The notes beneath the pieces were generated by a model that worked only from the letters and a program-made list of their open reading frames with translations, was not told the DNA's origin and did not search any database. DNA of 64,000 nt, from the NCBI RefSeq assembly GCF_000143415.4, contig NW_003314330.1:774089-838088 (forward strand), written 5' to 3'. Position numbers and translations under genes: made by a program. Source of the DNA: Selaginella moellendorffii (taxonomy: Eukaryota > Plantae > Lycopodiophyta). Of the stretch, positions 60,301-64,000 are shown one piece after another. Within the stretch, counting starts at the first letter, position 1. The number at the start of each line of letters is the position of its first letter.

Positions 60301-62226
60301 GCCAGGATGGGAAAGGGGCTTTTGGATCAATGCCTAGAGCATATCTGCGCAAGACAGCAAGCGAGATACGCAAAGCAGCAACTTAATAGGAGGAGAACTG
60401 TGCAATAGAAGTGGTGGATGTTTCAAGTTTGGGGGAAGGCTAGACCTTGGAAAGAGGAGCAAACAAGAGTCATGCGAGAAGTGAAGTTTCCAGGAGGAGA
60501 GGACAAGCAATGGAGGAGAGGACAAAGCCACCTCCCCTTACCCTATTGCCTAGTCAATGGCAAGAGTCTAGGAGCTTTGAGGAAGTTTCAGCAAGGTCTC
60601 AGGCTTGTGGGGAATAATCCTGAGAGTCTTTGAAGTTGGGGGGATTTGCAAAGATGGATGTTTCACAAAAGTGCAAGAGCAGCACGCCAAGGTTAGGTTA
60701 GGAGTCACCACTAGAGTAGCAGCATGTGCAGTAGCAATAGAGCTAGGGTGTGAGATAGGAGAACTCAAGTCTGCCCCGCCCAAAATGACCAAGGACAGAG
60801 GAGAATAAAGCCCCAATATGGAGGATCTTCTATCATGTAGGATTAACATGGAAGCTTCATTAGAAGGTGAGCTAAAACTCCCCCACTCAAAGACACATGT
60901 AAGTCAAAAGGTCTTTTAGGAGCTTAATCATGCAGTCTTGGCTTTGGGATGGAGCAAGGAGCAACCACTCCAAACACTAAATTTTGCCCATAAATGTTTA
61001 GTAGACCTCACAAACAAGCCAAGAGCCTCACTTCCATCTTCACCAGCTCGCTCCTTGAGTGTGAGGCCTAGATCCAGCTTGCAGCCTGGCAAGGTTATAT
61101 GCTAACTCGGGATGGGGTGGAGACAGCATGGATCGACTTCATATGCTCTCACCAAGGCTTGCAGGTGGTGGTATAGTATTTTGGAATAGTGAGATGAGTC
61201 GATGCAGTGAAGTAGGAAGTCTTGCAGCTAACACACCAACTAAACGATGGGGACACTATGGGAAATATCTCATTGTGGGATACACACTGATTAGCTCTTG
61301 GGATTCTCATAGAGAACCTTAAACCAAGGAAGGACTGGGAGATTGACACACTTCCAGCCTATGGGAACGCATCAAGCTCACATTCAACTGGTGAGAATTA
61401 CTTAGAGACAATTGCAGAAGGGAATGAGCTCATCTTTGGTCTAGTATGTGTAAAAGCCCAGGAGGAAACATATCAGAAGGACCTTGAACACCAGCAACAC
61501 TTGAGGAAATCATGCTTGGACTCTCCCACAGTATCTTAAGAGGAGCAAAAGTTGTTGCTCCCCTCACCACTTCCAAGACTAGACGAGGCAAGGATGTTGG
61601 ACTGGGATCCCCACCACTCTGAGGAGAACATTCAAAAGGCTCCACTTCTAGTACACAAAGAACTTCAGACAACTCTGCAAGGTGCAATTAGGGAGATGGA
61701 TCAAAACCTGTTGGGAGAAGATCTCATGTTGGGACCTACAATGTGAGAAGCACATGAGCTAATCACAAAGGCTATGGACTCACAGCAAACAAAGCTTTTT
61801 GCAGCATACGCTCAAGAGCAAGGGGGCAAGACATATGCCACAATAACATCAAGAGTTGATACAAAGCATAGGGAGATAGAGGACAAGCCAGAGACAGAAC
61901 ACTCCCTGGATGAATAGACAGATGACTTACTGCAAATCCAAGAATGTGCTGCCTTCACCAAGAGGAGGACCAAACATGAGAAGAAGAAAGTGAAGTGAGC
62001 CATATGGCGCAAACTAAAAATCCTGGGACTGGATAAGGAAGCTCAACTTTGGACAGACACAATGGATGCCTTCTTGGAAGAGGACTAAGAACCCACATGC
62101 ATGTAGGCGCACAAGCAAGGAGCTCAACAACAAAAAGAGAACACGCCTAGGCTTGGACTTGGGGCAAAGTCAGAGTCAACAACTAGGCAGAGTCCCGTCA
62201 AAGAGGCAGATTAGGCACAAACCCTG

Positions 62227-64000
62227 GTGGAAGGAAATGGCAATAACATGGAGAGCCTAGAGCCCAGCCAAGTGGTGACGCTAGATTCCATGGTGGGGAA
62301 CAAGAAGGTAGCTAGAGATGACAAAGAAGCCCATACAAAAACAAAAGGAGCAGTCCAATTGGTTAAGTTGGCAGTGACAATGCAAAAGGTGGTGGCAGAG
62401 AGAGAAGAAGAGCTCCATAGGAAGGCTTTGATCACAATCTTTAGAGGCAGGTTTCCCACGAAACACATGGCAAATGACTGGATCAATACTACATTGGGAT
62501 AGGGGATCCTCATTAAAAACATACTTCCATAGGGGAAGGAATACTACATGATTGTGTTTGACACAAAAGAAGCTTGGATCCAGGTTGAAGCCATGCATGG
62601 ATTTATTGACAAGAATTGGGTGTGTCATTCTAGCCCTGGATCCCAAGGTTCACTGCGGAGGACTAGGCTCGTCTTAAGGGTGTGACTTTTCCTATAAACA
62701 TTGCCTTGTGGGACGCCCCTATAGAGATGCAAGTTAGAATGGTGGTGAAAGAGTTGGTTGATAGTAGTATAGGCCAAGTCACTGTTGGTTTGGAGACAGT
62801 GGATGTAGATGGTGTTCTTGGCCCCATTTGCCTCAAAGTGTTCATCTAGGCCCCGTTGGAGATCTTGATGGAAATAACAGTCCTGGGACAATAGATCAGG
62901 ATCCAAACAAAGAGTTCATAACCAAGATGTAGCTTCTGCCAGAGGCTAGGACATTGGGAGGAGGCATGTTCAGTTAAGAGAGACAGGTTGGTTATGTAGC
63001 ATCCATTTGAACTCCTAGAGAACCAGGAAAAGGTGCTGCCACCTAATTGGGCACCTCATATAAGGTTCCTCGTGGCCCCACCTCTCTCGAGACTAGCCAC
63101 TTAGTCTAAACTTTTTGAAGGACTGATCATGGGGGCTGATAGTGACGATTTTTAGCTGGTCCTCCCCCGTACCATTGGTATGGCAGTCAGATGGATCCCG
63201 CCTAAGCAGGAACTCAGTTCCATAGAAGATGGAGATTGGATGATGTGCTGAGGAACATCATTTTCCTGGACGTTATCACCCTTGGAGACTATCAAACACA
63301 CATGAAGAGTGCCATCATTGAATGGATAGGATTCACAAATTACACCATGTGTGGATTTTAATAGGCAAAGTATAAAGGGAAGATGATTGTAGTGTGGACA
63401 ATTTCTATAGAATGGAGGGCTAGACCTTGCAACACCATATTTTCCTGGAAGTATGTGTTTGAATGATGACACTCATAGTCATCACTCATCACATGGAAAT
63501 GTTGAGGACTCAGCTTGATAGATAGCAAGATCAACAAGCATGTACAACTCAGATCCCATGTCTGGGAGCTTGGAATGGAAGGGAAGATTGACATTTTGTG
63601 CCTACAAGAGCACAAAATGATGGAGGCCCTAGACTTCAATCTGGGAATGCAAGGGAGGCTCTAGTGGATAGTTCAGGTAGTCATTAGGCTAAGAGGTGGC
63701 ACAGCATTCATTGTGTCAACACGATGGTCGGCTCAAGTGGGGAACCATGTCATCCTGGTTCTTGGTAAAGCACAATTGCTAGTGCTACACCTTCACTTTG
63801 GACGTGTGGGGATAATCAATTTTTATGCATTGATGAGGAAGAAAAACTAGGCCAAATTCTTGACGAACATCTTGCAGTCGGCCCAAGGACAAGTGGATGA
63901 ATGGCTGGTCCTAGGAGACTTCAACATGGTTGAGGATGTGTGCAACCACAGGGGAATGTAGGAAACCATTCAAGGTTGAGAGAACAAACGTTAAATCTCA
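62227..64000 (+). mobile_element. Degenerate L1-clade LINE (ORF1 + start of ORF2), running off the window
   Basis: ORF1 knuckle CSFCQRLGHWEEAC (about 62928-62969). APE motifs ITWKC*GL, IDILCLQEHKM, GIINFYA, WLVLGDFNMVE. Confidence 0.8.

Overview
Eukaryotic plant nuclear DNA, most likely the lycophyte Selaginella. This is inferred from 50-70 bp GT-AG introns, very tight gene packing, a PPR gene built of 31-aa repeats and a Tat element with its extra RNase H between protease and RT. Bases 1-14.3 kb are a compact gene island: PWO-family PWWP protein, small tail-anchored ORF, PLS-E PPR protein, intronless fungal-type UBC protein (200-N gap), DUF688 protein, GH5_7 mannanase, and an unusual FLX coiled-coil + WW + degenerate RRM fusion gene. 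Bases 15-64 kb are mostly transposons: a DUF7869/Sola-like transposase relic, a young intact chromovirus (920-bp LTRs, GGGGA TSD) nested in an older related LTR, a tRNA-Ala-primed short-LTR Gypsy, a tRNA-Trp-primed TatI-type element and two divergent L1 relics. Among them lie three copies of a subtilase gene (one intact, one pseudogene, one fragmentary relic; the two longer copies lack the PA domain), a very AT-rich secreted bulb-lectin ORF and an NTF2/SnoaL-like gene. Best novelty candidates: the FLX-WW-RRM fusion (a possible one-protein equivalent of the FLL2-FCA pair), the PA-less subtilase/lectin module and the fungal-type E2. All family assignments come from motif recognition, not database searches.
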